Source of the DNA: Mobula hypostoma
Lineage: Eukaryota
NCBI RefSeq assembly: GCF_963921235.1
Contig: NC_086097.1
Span: 232,998,001-233,062,000, forward strand
DNA: 64,000 bases
Direction: 5' to 3'
In this document: positions 1 through 13,588 of the stretch, piece after piece
Layout: each line of letters opens with the position of its first letter
Numbering within the stretch: position 1 is the stretch's first letter
Notes under the pieces: model-generated
Database searches by the model: none
Told to the model about the DNA's origin: nothing
Seen by the model: only the letters and a program-made list of their open reading frames with translations
Position numbers and translations under genes: made by a program

Positions 1-125
1 AACAGCCACTCGCTGGATTTTTTTCATTTTTTGCACCATTCTTTGTAAATTCCAGAGTTGTGCGTAAAAATTCCAGGAGATCATCAGCTTCTGAGATACT
101 CAAATCACCCTGGGTGGCACCAAAT
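1..125. mobile_element. fragment of a Tc1-like non-autonomous element
   Basis: Resembles, from memory, the internal end region of common fish Tc1 derivatives; no TIR visible. Confidence 0.4.
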
Positions 126-2635
126 TAATTAGCTTGTTTATTTCAGCTTTTTTCTTAATGAGGAGCCGAATGCACTGCGGTGTGCTCCAGCTAGCACTGC
201 ACCCCTAGTCATAAGGAAAGATTACATAGGCTAGGTTAATTCTCACCTGAATGTAGTAGCTGAGGGATGACTTTACTAGGTTTATGAAATTAAGAGGGGC
301 ATAGATAGGGTGTACAGTAGGAAATTTTTCCTCATTGCTGAGCTATCTATAGGGTGCATGAATTTAGTGTAAGGATAAGAAATGATCTGAAGAAGAACTT
401 GCCGTCATGTGGCTGAAATCAGGAATACACTGCCTGAATGTAGTGGTGGTGGCAGGTACTGTCAGAATATTGTTCATGTGCCTCGTGGAGTATTCCTTTC
501 AATATTGGGCACCTGAAGGACACATTTTTGTCTGACTCAGGCAGCCTAGAAGCGGAAGGTGCCACCTTCCGAGGCATGTCCTGGCAGTCCTTAACACTAC
601 AACCTGCCTGAGTCCGTTTGACAGGTGGAACCTCCAGCTTGGCCTCTAACCCTCCCAGAATGGAGGGCTCTGCAGTCCTAGGTTGGGATGGACCGTGCAT
701 AGTGTCAGGAAGTCTGGCATGTGGCCAAAGCTTATCTGCAGGGCTAATAGCTGTCAGCATTCAGAGAGGAGGCATCCAAAGCAGCGGGGTTGGAAAGATT
801 GGACATGAGCAGCCTGAAGTCATGTGGGCTGAAGATATTTTAAGTTAGGGAATTAAAGGCCAAGAGTAACGTGCAGATGAATTGTTCAGAGAACCCGATG
901 ACAGGAGTACAGAATTATAATAGATGAGCAAATGCAAGCAGGCTTTTCTACTGAGGTTGGGTGGGACTATAACTATAGGACATAATTTATGGGTGAAAAG
1001 TGAAATATTTAAGGGCAACCTGAGGGGGAACTACTTCAGTCTGAAGTGGTGGATGTGGGTTTGATTTCAGCATTTGAGAGAAATAGGTTAAGTACATTGA
1101 TGAGAGGGGTATGGGGAGCTAGGTTCCATATGCAGGTCCTTGAGACTGGTCAAAGTAACAGTTTGGCACAGTCTGCATGTGCTGAAGGGCTTGTGTCTGT
1201 GCTTTTGTGCTGCGTATCTCTATGACTCTATGGCAAAACCCCTCTCAAGGCTCACTACTTTTGCTGGATCACTAATCTCCAGAAAGTCCTTCTACGGTTA
1301 ATGGGGTGCACACACCACTGTTGTAGGCGTCAGGTCAATAAACCCTTTTCTACATGGAATCTCAGTCTCTTTACTAATGCTCTTCCACTGATTCTGCAGT
1401 TACCAGTGTTTGCTGGATATTAGATCCGTACATTTTCCTGGTTGTTAGAGAATCTGTCCATCCTTAGTCTCGTTCCCCCCATGTGATCTTCTAAGGAGGA
1501 ACTAGAAGGCCTCCAAAAGAGGTCAAAGGGTTTTGTTCAACACCCTTACAACAAAGACTAAATAGCTGAAGTTATCCTCTTTATTTTGCGCACAAATCCA
1601 TTATATTATTTGATGGTAATAAGCCATAATTTTCCCCACAACAAATCATAGTCTGAAAGAGTTCTCAAAACAGCACTGGAGTGGTTTACAAATTTAAAAA
1701 TGTGAGAAAACAGGTTGTCACCTGTTGAGAATATCGGTCTAATATACTCTTTTTGGTGTGATTGCTCACTGAAAATCATAGATTGCACCTTGAAGTTCTA
1801 ATTCATGCTGAAAATAGAATTGCACATATAGTCTTGACACCAGGAAAGCATGAAGCACATTGATGGGAATAGTAGATATACAGTAAGTTCTCAATCTCTT
1901 GCTGTGGAAATGATTGACTATACTGGGCTGAGTTGACTTTATGTGTGATTTGTACTTAATAATTGGGTACTAATTGACCCAGTTGCTAGGTTGACCTCTC
2001 AAAGGTCAATTCCAATTTTCATTTTGGGAAGGAATTGTGCAGTGAAAACAGATTATTTGGTTACTTTCAAATTAAGCCACTTAAAACTATTTGAATAAGG
2101 TCTGGGAGGTCAGTTACCTCGGTTACTGATTCAATCATGTTTGTCACTTGCTCTGCTGAGCAGATCCCATTCCTGGACTGAATTATCCCTCCAGTTCATG
2201 TGCGGCACAAAATGGATGTTTCTGATCCAAGTGAGAATGTAATATGGACAATACTAGATTGGCCACCTTTATACAACCTCCCAAATTTAAACTGGAAAAG
2301 AGAATGTAAAAACAATGACTGACCTTCATAGGATGATTTTGTAAAATTTTAACAGCAAAAGCATTCAGCTATGCAGAAATCAGTCCTGATCACTCACCAT
2401 TGTTCTTCAAGATTACTTTTACTGATGATGCAAATCTCTCCACAAGTCCATGACCATATTTCAGCTTCTCCCTGCTGCAGCATAATTTAGTTTTATTCTA
2501 TCTACCATAAAGTAGTTAATAAGTTCTATAGAACTTTTGAGTGTATTACATACCAAACCTGGCAGGTTATACAGCGTCTATGGAAATGAATAAACAGTTG
2601 ATGTTCCGAGCTAAGACTCTTATTGAGGATTGAAT

Positions 2636-3690
2636 AGAGTCATAGAGTCACACAGGAAACAGACCCCTCAACTCAACTAGTCCACGCTGACCAGGATTCC
2701 TATCGATGCTAGTCCCATTTACCTGAGTTTGGTCTGTATCCTTCCAGTCCTTTCCTATCCATTTACCTGTCCAGTGTTGTTCATATGCCTGCCTCAACTA
2801 CTTCCTCTGGCAGCTCATTCCATCTATGGAAGATGTTCCCCCTCAGGTTCCTACTAAATTTCTCCCCTTCGCACGGCAAACCTAAGCACACTAAGCCTTG
2901 ATTCCCAGTCTTGAATCCCAAGGATTCATAGTCTTCGAACAAAAACCAGCCCTTCAGGCCATCTAGTCCATGCCAAAACCATTTAATCTGACTACTCTCA
3001 ACGACCTGCATGAGGACCATAGCCCTCCCATGTCCCTACCATCCATCTACCTATTCAAACATCGCTTAAGTGTTGACATTGAGCTCTCACCACCCTCTAA
3101 GTGAAGACATTTCCCCTCATATTCCCCTTAAACTTTTTGCCCTTCAATGTTCTAAGGAATAAAGTCCTAACCTATTCAATCTTTCCTTATAAATCAGGCT
3201 CTCCAGACTTGGTAACATCCTTGTAAATTTCTCTGCATACTTTCAACTTTATTTACATCACTCCAGTAGGTAGGTAATGAAAACTTCACGCTTTACCCCA
3301 AATGAGGCCTCACCAAAGTCTTATACAACCTGAACATGACATCCCATCTCCTGTACTCAGTACTTTGACTTATGAAGGCCAATGTGCCAGGAGCTTTCTT
3401 TACACCCTATTTGCCTGTGATCTTATAATCTCTATAACATCACTCATTTTGTTACACTCAAATGAGTAAAATTTCAACCTGTTCAGCTTCTTTCCACAGC
3501 CCAGTCCTTTGAGTCCACGCAACATCCTTGTAAATCTCCTTTGTACTCTTTCCAACATAATGACATCATTCCTACAGCAGTCTGTTCCCAGCTGAACACA
3601 GGGTGGCTCAGCAACTTCCTGTAGAACTACAACGTAACATCCCAACTTCTGGGCTGAGTGATGACAGGCTTGATGTAAAAGCATCATTGA
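2636..3690 (-). mobile_element. nested old CR1 3' fragments (others at about 900-1230, 11120-11650, 20085-20410, 43765-44305, 56285-57010, 61790-62520)
   Basis: LERVQRRFTRML and WNELPEEVVEAG motifs with CR1 tails. Confidence 0.78.
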
Positions 3691-4251
3691 AGAGACCAAG
3701 ATATCAAACAACCTACTTAACTTTAGGGATAAACCTTTGAGATTGTTGGGATAGCAGGAGGGTGAATCAAGCAGTTTATCTGTAAAGAATAATAATTAGT
3801 CTTCAATTGATCATCTGATCCATTTTCATGCGAATGAACATGGCCTTGAGGCATTACTGTGAAGAGATCAAGGGAGATATTTGTGGTATGCTGGCTAATA
3901 TTCATCCTTCAATTAGCAAGTAGATTATCTTCTCACCTTAATGACATTTGTGGGAGTTCAATCTGGATTACTGAGTTCAATCTGGATTTTGTGTCTTCTA
4001 GATTACAAAGGGGATGGTGCTTCAAGAAGTACTTTGTTGGCTGTACACACTTTAGGACTTCTGTGTCTACTCCTATCCCCAGCCATTTCCAGAGTTATCT
4101 GCACTTGATTGCAATTAAACCTGCAAAATCCTTAGGGACCTTGACAGGGGAGATGTGGAGTTGGTTTCCCTTGTCTGGGATATCTAGCACCTGGGGGGTG
4201 GAGGGGGGTTCACATTCCTAACAGAGGTGAGAAGTGATTTCTTCATCCAGA

Positions 4252-4780
4252 TAGAATAGAATAGAACTTTGTTGTCACCACTCAAGATAACAAGATTGTG
4301 GTGCTACTCCAGTTCATGCAAAAGAGATATTTACAAAGCATGCGGTACGGCTTAATTAAAAAAAATAATTCCCATATTTACATGCAACAAGTGATTTGGA
4401 TAGTCCACACCACTCAAAGGCCATTCACAAATGGGGTGTAACATTATTCAGCTGTACAACAGCCCTCGGGAAGAAGCTGTATTTCAATCTGACTGTTTTG
4501 GCTAAGATGTTTCTGCATCTTCCTCCAGATGGCGGGAGGTTGAACAGACAGTGTTCGGGTTGGGATGGGTCTTTGAACGTGCCGTAGGCATTGAACGTTG
4601 TAGGCTGTCTCCAGTCCGGTAGTTGAGCCCCAGTGATGTGCTGAGCCATCCTAATCACTCGCTGGAGTGCTTTGTGATCTGTCTTGCTGCAGCTAGAGTA
4701 CCCCACTGTCATTCCGTATGTCAGTATGCTCTCTATCGTATATTGGTAAAAGCTGGCCTGCAATTTTTGGGTGAAATGGT
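4252..4780 (-). mobile_element. Rex1/Babar-type LINE 3' fragment
   Basis: FYQYTIESILT...LPPSGGR...RLKYSFFPRAV; (TCTAT)n tail. Confidence 0.82.
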
Positions 4781-6442
4781 AAAATTTACCCAGAATTTTT
4801 CACAGATGAAGAAACAGATCAGCTTTGGACCTCACTATCCAGGAGAGCCGTGGGGCTCATTCACTTAGTGTATTTAAGGCAGATGAATAGATTCAAGGGA
4901 GATGGGGTTAATACAGGAGAGTGCTTTTGTGGTTAAAAATAAAATCAGTCACAATCGTATTGAACAATGGACAGGATATGAGGGATTGAATAGGATACTC
5001 CTGCTTCTATTTATTATGGCCATTTTACGTTAGCACTTGATTGTGTAGCGACACTTGCAGGCTGCTCCGGGCTGTATATTAATGCATACACTGCATTTCA
5101 CTATATGTTTCAATGTACCTATGTGCATAGGTTCCTTAAGGTTGCTACAACCAGTGATGGTATGGGGATAAGTGCCCATACCTATTAAATATTCCCATGG
5201 CGTGTGCCTCAAACAGCCTCTGACAACCAAGTCCAGCTCCTGGCCTTTATGTGTGTCTTAGCTACTAAGCTTGGAGGAACCATTTCTATTGACAGCAGAA
5301 GGAGCAAACGCGGGTTACTGGCCACATAAAACCGGTTGCTTCAGGCAGATGGGGCTCATCAACCATGGTTGGCAGCTCACCTAGGAGAAGGAAAACTCTA
5401 ATCTCAAACGTCTGCTGCCCTGTGGCTATACCCACTCATGGGGAAGGCTTCGGGAGTAGACGCTGAGTGAAACATCAGGAGCTGGACTCCCGAAGGCAGT
5501 CCTACATTTGAGTTCATCACTGACTGGCAACTCCTGCAAAACTGCTGGTACCAAACTGCATCGGTCTCAGCCATTCCTTTGAGTTCATCAGGTGCATGGG
5601 GGTGGCAAACTTGCTACAGGGCCAACATCTTGCTCTCCATATCGTACTGCCCAGACTTGTGTACCTAGACAGCTAAGGTGCAACATCCATGGTCGACCCT
5701 GACCGACGGAGCAACATATGATTTATAAATAATTCTAATCTAATCTATTGGGTTGTCCTGGGAGGCAGGTATTTTACTGCTGGTTTTCTTGAGGCTTTCA
5801 GAAGCAGTGATAAATATAATTTTATAAACTTTCTATTTTTCTCAGTGTCAATGAGAAATCATCACGTTGAATACAGAATAATATCAGTTTCTTAACTTAA
5901 GAATATAGGCAAATCCCTTTTGTCAGAAGAGACCATTAGCATGTAATTTTCTGATGCCCTTTAAATGCTGCATGGTTCTTTATGACAGATAAATGTTTGA
6001 AATATGTATCTAACTTCATTTGGTCTGCAGCTTATGTTCCTTTACTGAGAAAGCTCTTCCCTATTGCTTGCAGCAGACAGTAGTAAGCACTAATTAATTA
6101 TTTTATTCAGATCATGGAAAACACTTCTGGAAGTTACAGATAAACTTTACAGCCAATCTACCAATACTTTAAACATAGTTCAATTTTGCAAATTCTAATA
6201 CATGCTCCAACCTGAAAAGAGCTTTTACATGCTGAAATTAGCTCTTGGATAATTTATTTACAGTATATGGTCGAGGTTTAACATTAGAATTCAGCGACCA
6301 CAGAAAAAGACAGATAGCATGTAGTGCATTCACCTTAGTTATCTGGACTGGCTTATAAAATCTAATACAAAATCCTCTTCTGTTAATTACTAGTTTCTAA
6401 AAATATTTGATTCAAAGGCATCAAAGTACATTGCTGACAATG

Positions 6443-6448
6443 TTTATT
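6443..6448 (-). terminator. candidate polyadenylation signal of KCNV1 (alternative at 6253-6258)
   Basis: AATAAA on the minus strand about 510 nt after the stop codon, in AT-rich unique sequence. Confidence 0.4.
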
Positions 6449-6955
6449 AAAAAAAAATAAATAATAGACACAATAAATAGTACAGATCTATTTAATTGAA
6501 CGGGCAGACATCTCAATAACCATGCCATTTTCATTTAAGCTACCCTAACCTTCAAAGATGAACAGTTTTAAAGGTCAAAATATATATGTTGTAAATCTGA
6601 GGGGCACTGCCACTTCCTCAAGTATTCATTAGCAGGTATGTTAGCCTGCAAAGAGTGGTTTTGTGAAAAGCAGAAACTATTTCCATACCTGTCAACAGAA
6701 TCCAGGACCTTGTGAACAGGCATTGAGTTAGCTGGTTTCTATCAGCTCAGTACCATTACACACACAGGTATTGTGAAGTATATCTTCTTGCTGAGACCTG
6801 AACCGAAATTAAGAATAAATAAAACTATGTATGTAAAATTCCATTTTAACATCAGTGTAATGAGTAGCCACATGCAGTTTTGAAATACTGCAGCTTTTAC
6901 TAGCTTTGGAGTTATGCACTAGATTAATCGACAAGAGAAAGCACAACCAGGCAGG

Positions 6956-7464
6956 TCACCATATGTCATCTCCAGCACTGCTTCGGGTGCTGGCTCTTTC
7001 CCTGTTCTTGATCCGTAACATTTCCATAATACTGCGAGCATAAATATCTCGCAAGTTAACGTTGGCAACTGAATCGAATGCCGAATTTTTGGTGAGCTTC
7101 TTCAGAGCGTCATGGTGTCGAAGGGCTGCCTCTTTCATCTTCTGGGTGATGTAGCAATTAGAAAACCTATCATTTATGATAGCTATGGGCAGTGACAAGA
7201 CCAGGATACCAGTCAAAATACATAAAAAGGCAATGATCTTCCCACTGGTGGTTTCAGGTCGGATATCTCCATAGCCAACAGTGGTCATGGAGGTTGTTGC
7301 CCACCACCATGCACAGGGAACACTAGAGAACGTTGTGCCTGGGACGCTGTGCTCCACAGCGTACTCCACCGTCGAGAAGATGGAAATTCCCACAGAGAGG
7401 AAAAGCAGAAGGAGGCCAACCTCTTCGTAACAGAGAGCAATTGTCATTCCTAGAGATTTCAGAC
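6956..7464 (-). CDS. KCNV1: Kv8.1-like subunit, last coding exon (S5, pore, S6, C-terminus)
   Basis: Acceptor TTTTACAG|GT at 7465/7464 joins in frame (G-LKSLGMTI). Pore WWWATTSMTTVGYGD; S6 LSLPIAII (PxA, silent-subunit type); C-terminus RERASTRSSAGDDIW as in Kv8.1. Spliced CDS 946+509=1455 nt, 484 aa. Confidence 0.92.
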
Positions 7465-7514
7465 CTGTAAAATGAATAATATACCAGTGAGATCCAACAT
7501 TCCATAAATTATGA

Positions 7515-7677
7515 CAGATAATTCAACAATACCCGTCCAATCGATGTCCCACTACACCACAGATAATTCAATAGTACCCATCCGATCAATGTCCCACTAC
7601 ATCCCAGATAATTCAACAATACCCGTCCAATCGATGTCCCACTACACCCCAGATAATTCCATGGTACCCGTCCAATC
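7515..7677. repeat. 45-bp minisatellite, left part (about 3.5 units)
   Basis: AGATAATTC recurs at 7516, 7561, 7606 and 7651. Confidence 0.95.
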
Positions 7678-9139
7678 AGACATCATAGTGCCAGTCCTGA
7701 ATTAAACAAACATCAACAATTTGAATGACTATCGTCCCGTTGCCCTCACACCAACAATAATGAAGTGCTTTGAGAGATTGGTCCTCTCCCACATTAAAGT
7801 CACTATCCCTGCTACACTGGACTCACACCAGTTTGCCGATAAAGCAAACAGGTCCGCGGAGGATGCCATCTCATTAGCTCTTCACACTGTCCTGACACAC
7901 CTGGAGGGAAAGGGCACATACGTGAGGATGTTGTTTGTTGATTATAGCTCTGCTTTTAATACTGTCATCCCCAGCAAGCTCATCTCCAAACTCCACCAGC
8001 TAGGCCTCAGCTCATCACTCTGCAACTGGGTCCTGAATTTCTTGTCAGAGCGCTCACAGGCAGTGAGACTGGGCCCTCACCTGTCCTCCACTACTACCAT
8101 GAACACCGGTACACCACAAGGTGGTGTATTGAGTCCCATACTCTACTTCCTCTTCACTTACGACTATGTACCTGTACTTAACACCAATACCATCGTCAAA
8201 TTCACAGATGACATGACAGTGATCGGGTTGGTCTCCAACAGAGACGAATCAGCGTACAGAGCGGAGGTACAGAACTTAGTGAGCTGGTGCTCAGAGAACA
8301 ACTTGTCTCTTAATACAGCAAAGACTAAGGAGCTAATTATCAATTTTGGAAAGTCATGGGATGACTAGTGCACTCCAGTCTACATTAACGGAGACGTAGT
8401 GGAGAGAGTGTCCAGTTTCAGGTTTCTGGGAAAACACATCTCAGAAGACCTTACATGGTCCACTAACACCACTATCATAGTTAAGAAAGCACAGCAATGC
8501 TTGTTCTTCCTCAGGACGTTGAAGAAAGCTGGTCTACCTGAACAGATGCTGGTGACCTTTTACCGCTGCACCATAGAGAGCATCTTAACATACTGCATCT
8601 CTGTGTGGTATCTCAGTTGTACAGCAACTGATAGGAAAGCACTTCAGCGGGTCGTCTCTAGCGCACAGAAGATCATCGGGACACAGCTCCCAGCCCTGGA
8701 GGACACCTACAGCTCTCGCTGCCTAAGGAAAGCTACAAGCATCTGTAAGGACAATACACACCCATGCAGTCATCTGTTTGAACTTCTTCCAGCTGGCAGA
8801 CGTTATAAGATATTCTATGCCCGCACTTCCAGACTGAAAAATAGCTTTTTCCCCAGAGCTATAATTGTTCTGAACCAATTGATCAAGCATCATCCATAAA
8901 TGTGTTATATTGCTACTTTAATACCGGTTTTATGGCTGTCATGCATCTGAGTTGCACTTTTGTACTGCTGGACATTGCTTGTACTGGCTGGTTACTTGAT
9001 TTTATTTATTGTTTATTTATTTTATTTGTTGTTTTATAGCATTGAGTATGAGAGTTGCAAACTCATTTTCGCTGTGTTGGTGCCTGACAAATTGTACTAT
9101 GCAATGACAATAAAGATATTTCAATTTCTATTTCAATTT
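7678..9139 (+). mobile_element. 5'-truncated Rex1/Babar-type LINE (RT), young, one in-frame stop
   Basis: [35 protein letters not shown] and RTSRLKNSFFPRA. ORFs 7721-8368 and 8399-8899 share a frame. AATAAA and a (TTTCAA/TTTCTA)n tail; CAATC on both sides. Confidence 0.88.
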
Positions 9140-9393
9140 CAATCGATGTCCCACTACATCCCAAATAATTCAAAGGTACCCATCTGATCGATACCCCACT
9201 ACATCCCAGATAATTCAACAGTACCCATCTGATCGATACCCCACTACATCCCAGATAATTCAATAGTACCCATCTGATCAATGTCCCACTGCACCCCAGA
9301 TAATTCAACAGTACCCATCCGATCGATGCCCCACTGCATCCCAGGTAATTCAACAGTACCCGTCTGATCTATGTCGCACTACAGCCCAGATAA
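9140..9393. repeat. 45-bp minisatellite, right part (about 5.5 units)
   Basis: Same unit (CCCACTACATCCCAGATAATTCAACAGTACCCATCTGATCGAT..) resumes in register after the LINE. Confidence 0.95.
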
Positions 9394-10834
9394 ACATACC
9401 ATTGAGTCATAAAGCACAGAAACGGACCCTTCAGCCCATCTAGTCCATGCTGAAATAACATTCTACCTCGTCCCATCGACCCACACCTGGTCCATAGCCT
9501 TATATATAATTGTAATAACAAAATTGTGATACTTAAGGTAATCAATTATTTTTAATTACGAAACAGAATTGAAAGTCATTCGAAAATAGCAGCAGTATTC
9601 CACTTTGAGGACTGTGGGCGGGCTTTGACAGAGAGTTCTATAAACAGCTGATTTTCTCAGAGACCATTATGTTAGATTTCTCTCTATGCTTGCTGTCATT
9701 TCTCTTGCAATTACTCATCCTCACCTGCAGATTTGGGGCAAGACTAACTCCAGGTGGATACTAGCTCAATAACTTACCCATTGCACCAGTGCAGACAAAA
9801 TGAAAGAAATCCAAATTAAATCCTAGAGTTATGATGCCCAATACATTTGGGTGCAAGGTATGATTTTCAGTGAGAGTTTCTTTCTAAAAATGAAAGCTAA
9901 ATGGAGGAGTGTGGTATTTATAAAATGGAGCTAAAGCAGTTGCTGACAGTACTCCATTCTTCTGATTTAGCAGCTGTGCAAATCGAGCAAATATTTCCTC
10001 GCAAAATGGTTCTCTGTGTTTGTAATCACCCTCATACATAGTAAAAAGTCTCTCATATCACTGATATTAATTGGATGTCCTTGTACTTGGCTGATGTGTT
10101 TAATTATCCAATTAGCCCTGTCTCCTGCCACACACTGCACCCAGTGGAGCAGAGAAAGACCACTGCATGATTGCCATCCTGTGTAATACTTTGGCTAATT
10201 ACCTTGGCGTGCAAGGCAAAATATTTAGTCTGCTCTGATATCAAAAAAGGTAGAAATTTAAATCTGCAAAGTGAACAGCAAAGTAAATTTTAATAGTCAA
10301 TCTGCTGTGTGACTATGCTGCTTTTGGTTTGAAGCTCACTTGATGTACAGTATTATTTCAATCAAGATAATCACAAATATTCTACCTTCAGTACGATCAG
10401 GTCTGTTACACTATGCTTTTGACTTACCACCACTACAAACACACGACCCAACGTCACTTTATGTACATACAATGTCTATCTATCTATATATATATATATA
10501 TATATAAAACAGATACGTGTACATTGTGTTTTATAGGATTTCTTTTATACTTATATATATTTTTGTTTTTTTTGTGTGACTGTATTATACTGATATCTTA
10601 TATGTGCCTTGTGCTGTGCTGTGTGATTGTTGGTACTGTGTTTTACACCTTGGACCTGGCGAAATGCTGTTTTGTTTGGCTGTATTAATGATTTTCATGT
10701 ATGGTTGAATGACAATTGAACTTCAACTTGATAATAAACAATCTTGAATCTTGAAACTTGAATTTGATCTCTCCCTATTCGGGATATTTCCCCTTTCTCT
10801 GGCTCATATGGTACTAAAAACTAACTTGCTTTCC

Positions 10835-10973
10835 AAACGCAAGAAAATCTGGAGATGCTGGAAATCCAAGGCAAAAACTTACAAAATGCTGGAGGAACTC
10901 AGCAGTTCAGGCAGCATCTATGGAAGTGAATAAGCAGTCGAGGTTTTGGGTCATGACCCTTCATCAGGACTAA
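10835..10973 (-). mobile_element. short Penelope terminal fragment with decayed hammerhead
   Basis: Minus strand AGTC-CTGATGA-A-GGGTCATGACCC-AAAA-CC-TC-GACT (GAAA mutated). Confidence 0.75.
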
Positions 10974-11664
10974 ACTTCTCATCTACTTTTTCCACTCCTG
11001 AGAGATTTGCTTACTCATTGGTTTTGCTTCTCTGGAGAAAACTTGCATTCTGTTTCCTTTCCGTCAGAATGTTTCTTGTATTGACTACCTTGTAGGTTTT
11101 TTAAGACTAAAACACAGAACATATAATATTATAGCAATACTGTGCTGATCTTTTAACTTACTCTAAGATCAATCTAACCTTTCCCTGCCACAGAGCCCCC
11201 CCATTTTTCTTTCATTTATGTGCCTATCCAAGGATCTCTTAAATGCTCCTAATGTATCTGCCTCCAGCCCACCCCTGGCAGCATGTTCCACGCTCCTACC
11301 ATTGCCTGTCTAAAAATCCTGCCTCTGACATTCCCCCCCCCCCCCGTACTTTCCTCCCAAAACCTTAAAAGTATGCCCCTTGTGTTAGCCATTTCTGGAC
11401 TGGGAAAGTGTCTGGCTGGTAATTTTATCTCTGTCTCTTATCATCTTATACACTATCTTATCAAGTCACTTCTCAGTCCTTTCTCTCCAAAGAGAAAAGC
11501 CCTAAGTCGCTCAACTTTTCTTCGTAAGACATGCTTTCTAATTCCGGTGGCATCCTGGTAGATCTCCTATGTGCCCTCTCCAAAGCTTCCACATACTTCC
11601 TAAAAAGAGATGCCCAGACCTAAAGACAATACTCCATGTATGGTCTAACATGAAGCAGAGGTAC

Positions 11665-12270
11665 TTCCTAGGATGAGCTGGGAGACATAATCAGTGAAGT
11701 AACCTGGTGTGATCAGGTGTTTTGGGACTTCCAGCATCAGGCACTCTCACTCAGGTGACCTTCTGGCATGTCCCAGCAGCATTGGCCGATGGGCCACACC
11801 TCTTGATCCATAGCCATCAGGAAACTCTCTCAGCAGCCTCTGTGACGGTCCTGATGGCTCTTTTCTTTGCAGGCACCATAATGCCAAGGAGGAAGTAGGT
11901 TCTGTGCAGCAAGTAGCCAAAAAAACCTTTACACTCCACCTCTATAAGCTCACATCGTGCCCTCCACCCCTGTCTCTGGCACTGCTCTACCAGCTCCTGG
12001 TATTTGGCTTTCTTACGCTTAAACTCCTCTTCAATCCCAAGGAACCGTCAGCTCTACTGTGACCACCTGCTTTGAGGTTTCTGACAGAGTGACCATGTCA
12101 GTCTTCTGGGATGACGATGCGATGAAGTCAGGGAACATTCATTGCTGGCTAAGATCCACTTTCGGTTGCTAGTCAGACACCGTGTCAGTCAGAATTTTAT
12201 AGAGATGCTACATTACCTCATGGCTCATGATCTCAACCTTCAGACTAACTGGGAGAAAGACTGCATTGGG
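11665..12270 (-). mobile_element. Hero/NeSL-like non-LTR retrotransposon 3' fragment (RLE endonuclease)
   Basis: Manual translation with a frameshift: KTDMVTLSETSKQVVTVELTVPW / IEEEFKRKKAKYQELVEQCQRQGWRARCELIEVECKGF. Confidence 0.72.
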
Positions 12271-12642
12271 AGATCTTTCTGAATTGGCGGAGGAAGGATA
12301 GGTTGCTGGTTGTAGGATAATAACTACAGATGAACTTGGTGGTATTGAACTCCTGTACCTCCTACCTGAAGCTGAAGAAACTTGGCCTGGATAGTGAGGG
12401 TCCTAGATCGATGGATGCTGCTTTCCTGTCACAGCACTCCTTGTCAATGTGCTCAGTGACAGGGAGGGCTTTGCCTATGATGCGCCAGGCTTTATCCACC
12501 ACTTACTGTAGACTTTTCCATCAATAGGGTTAAAGACTGTAAATTATTTCATGAAGCAACTGCATTAATTAAAAAAAATTAAACCAATACTTATTAGAAA
12601 TAGCATTGCACAAAATAGCAGTATGTGAAATGTGGAACTTAC

Positions 12643-13588
12643 CTGTTGAGTGTCTTCCAAGTTTCAACATGCGCAGTGATCTCATTAATCTCAGGATCTG
12701 GACAATTTTCCCAACGTTTTCCAGTTCTGTAGAACCTCCATAAAGCTGCTCCACCAGCATGGTGATATAAAACGGGACCACAGCAATGAGGTCAATAATA
12801 TTCACCAAGCACTTAACAAATCTGCACTTGTTCTTCACACATAAGAATCTTAGTAGATACTCTGCAGTGAACCAAGTTATGCAAATATACTCAACTGCAT
12901 TCAACAAGGGAGGATCCAGTACGTTATACTCAAGAGAAAAGACAGCCATATTTGCAATGGAAATGAGGACAAATGCCACAGAAAGGATTCCAAATGTCTT
13001 AGCTAGCTTTGAAGAATCAGGTTTTTCCATTATGACCCACAGTTTTTGTCTTAGTTTTTCACAAATCACTCCGGAGAAATCTTCCTCTTCATTCTCAATC
13101 AATTCCGTATCGCGTTTTATATCTAAGGCTTCATTAATTTCTTTCCGCCTGTAATATCTTTCTCGGCAGCAAATGTCAATGTTAAGTTCATCTATTCCCC
13201 AGTATTCAATTTCCTGCAAAAATGACATTGCACAGAGTTCTTCGTTTACATGCAGCTTTCCAGTCTTGTAATAATGTATAATGTACTTGAACGTCTGTGA
13301 ACTCCGATCAAAGAAATATTCATTGTCCACAAAGTTGGCATCGTCGCATAGATCCAGTATGGAGTCCTGTTCAGACGTAGCCAGCTTCCCCAGGCGTGTT
13401 TCAGGATAGCACAACAGAGTCTCATGTGACAGAGTGAATCTGCTGCCGCCGACGTTTATTATAAAGGTGTTTAAAGGATTTTTATTCAAGTGCTCTTCAC
13501 TGCAAAACACACTGGATTCCAGAGAGAAGACAGAAACATGGTCTTCATTCCGCTCAACGAACCAAGGAGAACAGTTGGAAGACTTCAT
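12643..13588 (-). CDS. KCNV1: Kv8.1-like silent voltage-gated K+ channel subunit, coding exon 1 (T1 domain, S1-S4)
   Basis: ORF has a T1 domain (INVGGSRF, LCDD, EYFFDRSS, YWGIDEL..D.CC) and S4 RLMRSLRMLKLGRHSTG. The N-terminal SLESSVFCSE resembles Kv8.1. Phase-1 donor ACAG|GTAAGT at 12643/12642. Confidence 0.9.

Noticed and set aside
7511..9393. 45-bp repeats as a CRISPR-like array or repeat-protein ORFs (7511-7705, 9063-9353)
   Set aside because: The units are head-to-tail with no unique spacers, in a eukaryotic intron; the ORFs follow from a unit length divisible by 3.
11675..11760. Hammerhead-like words in the 3' UTR of the Hero-like fragment
   Set aside because: Core positions are degenerate (CAAAAC, CTGATTA) and the stems are not convincing in this copy.
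12569..12642. ORF-track C-terminus KFHISHTAILCNAISNKYWFNFF
   Set aside because: Intron read-through beyond the GTAAGT donor.
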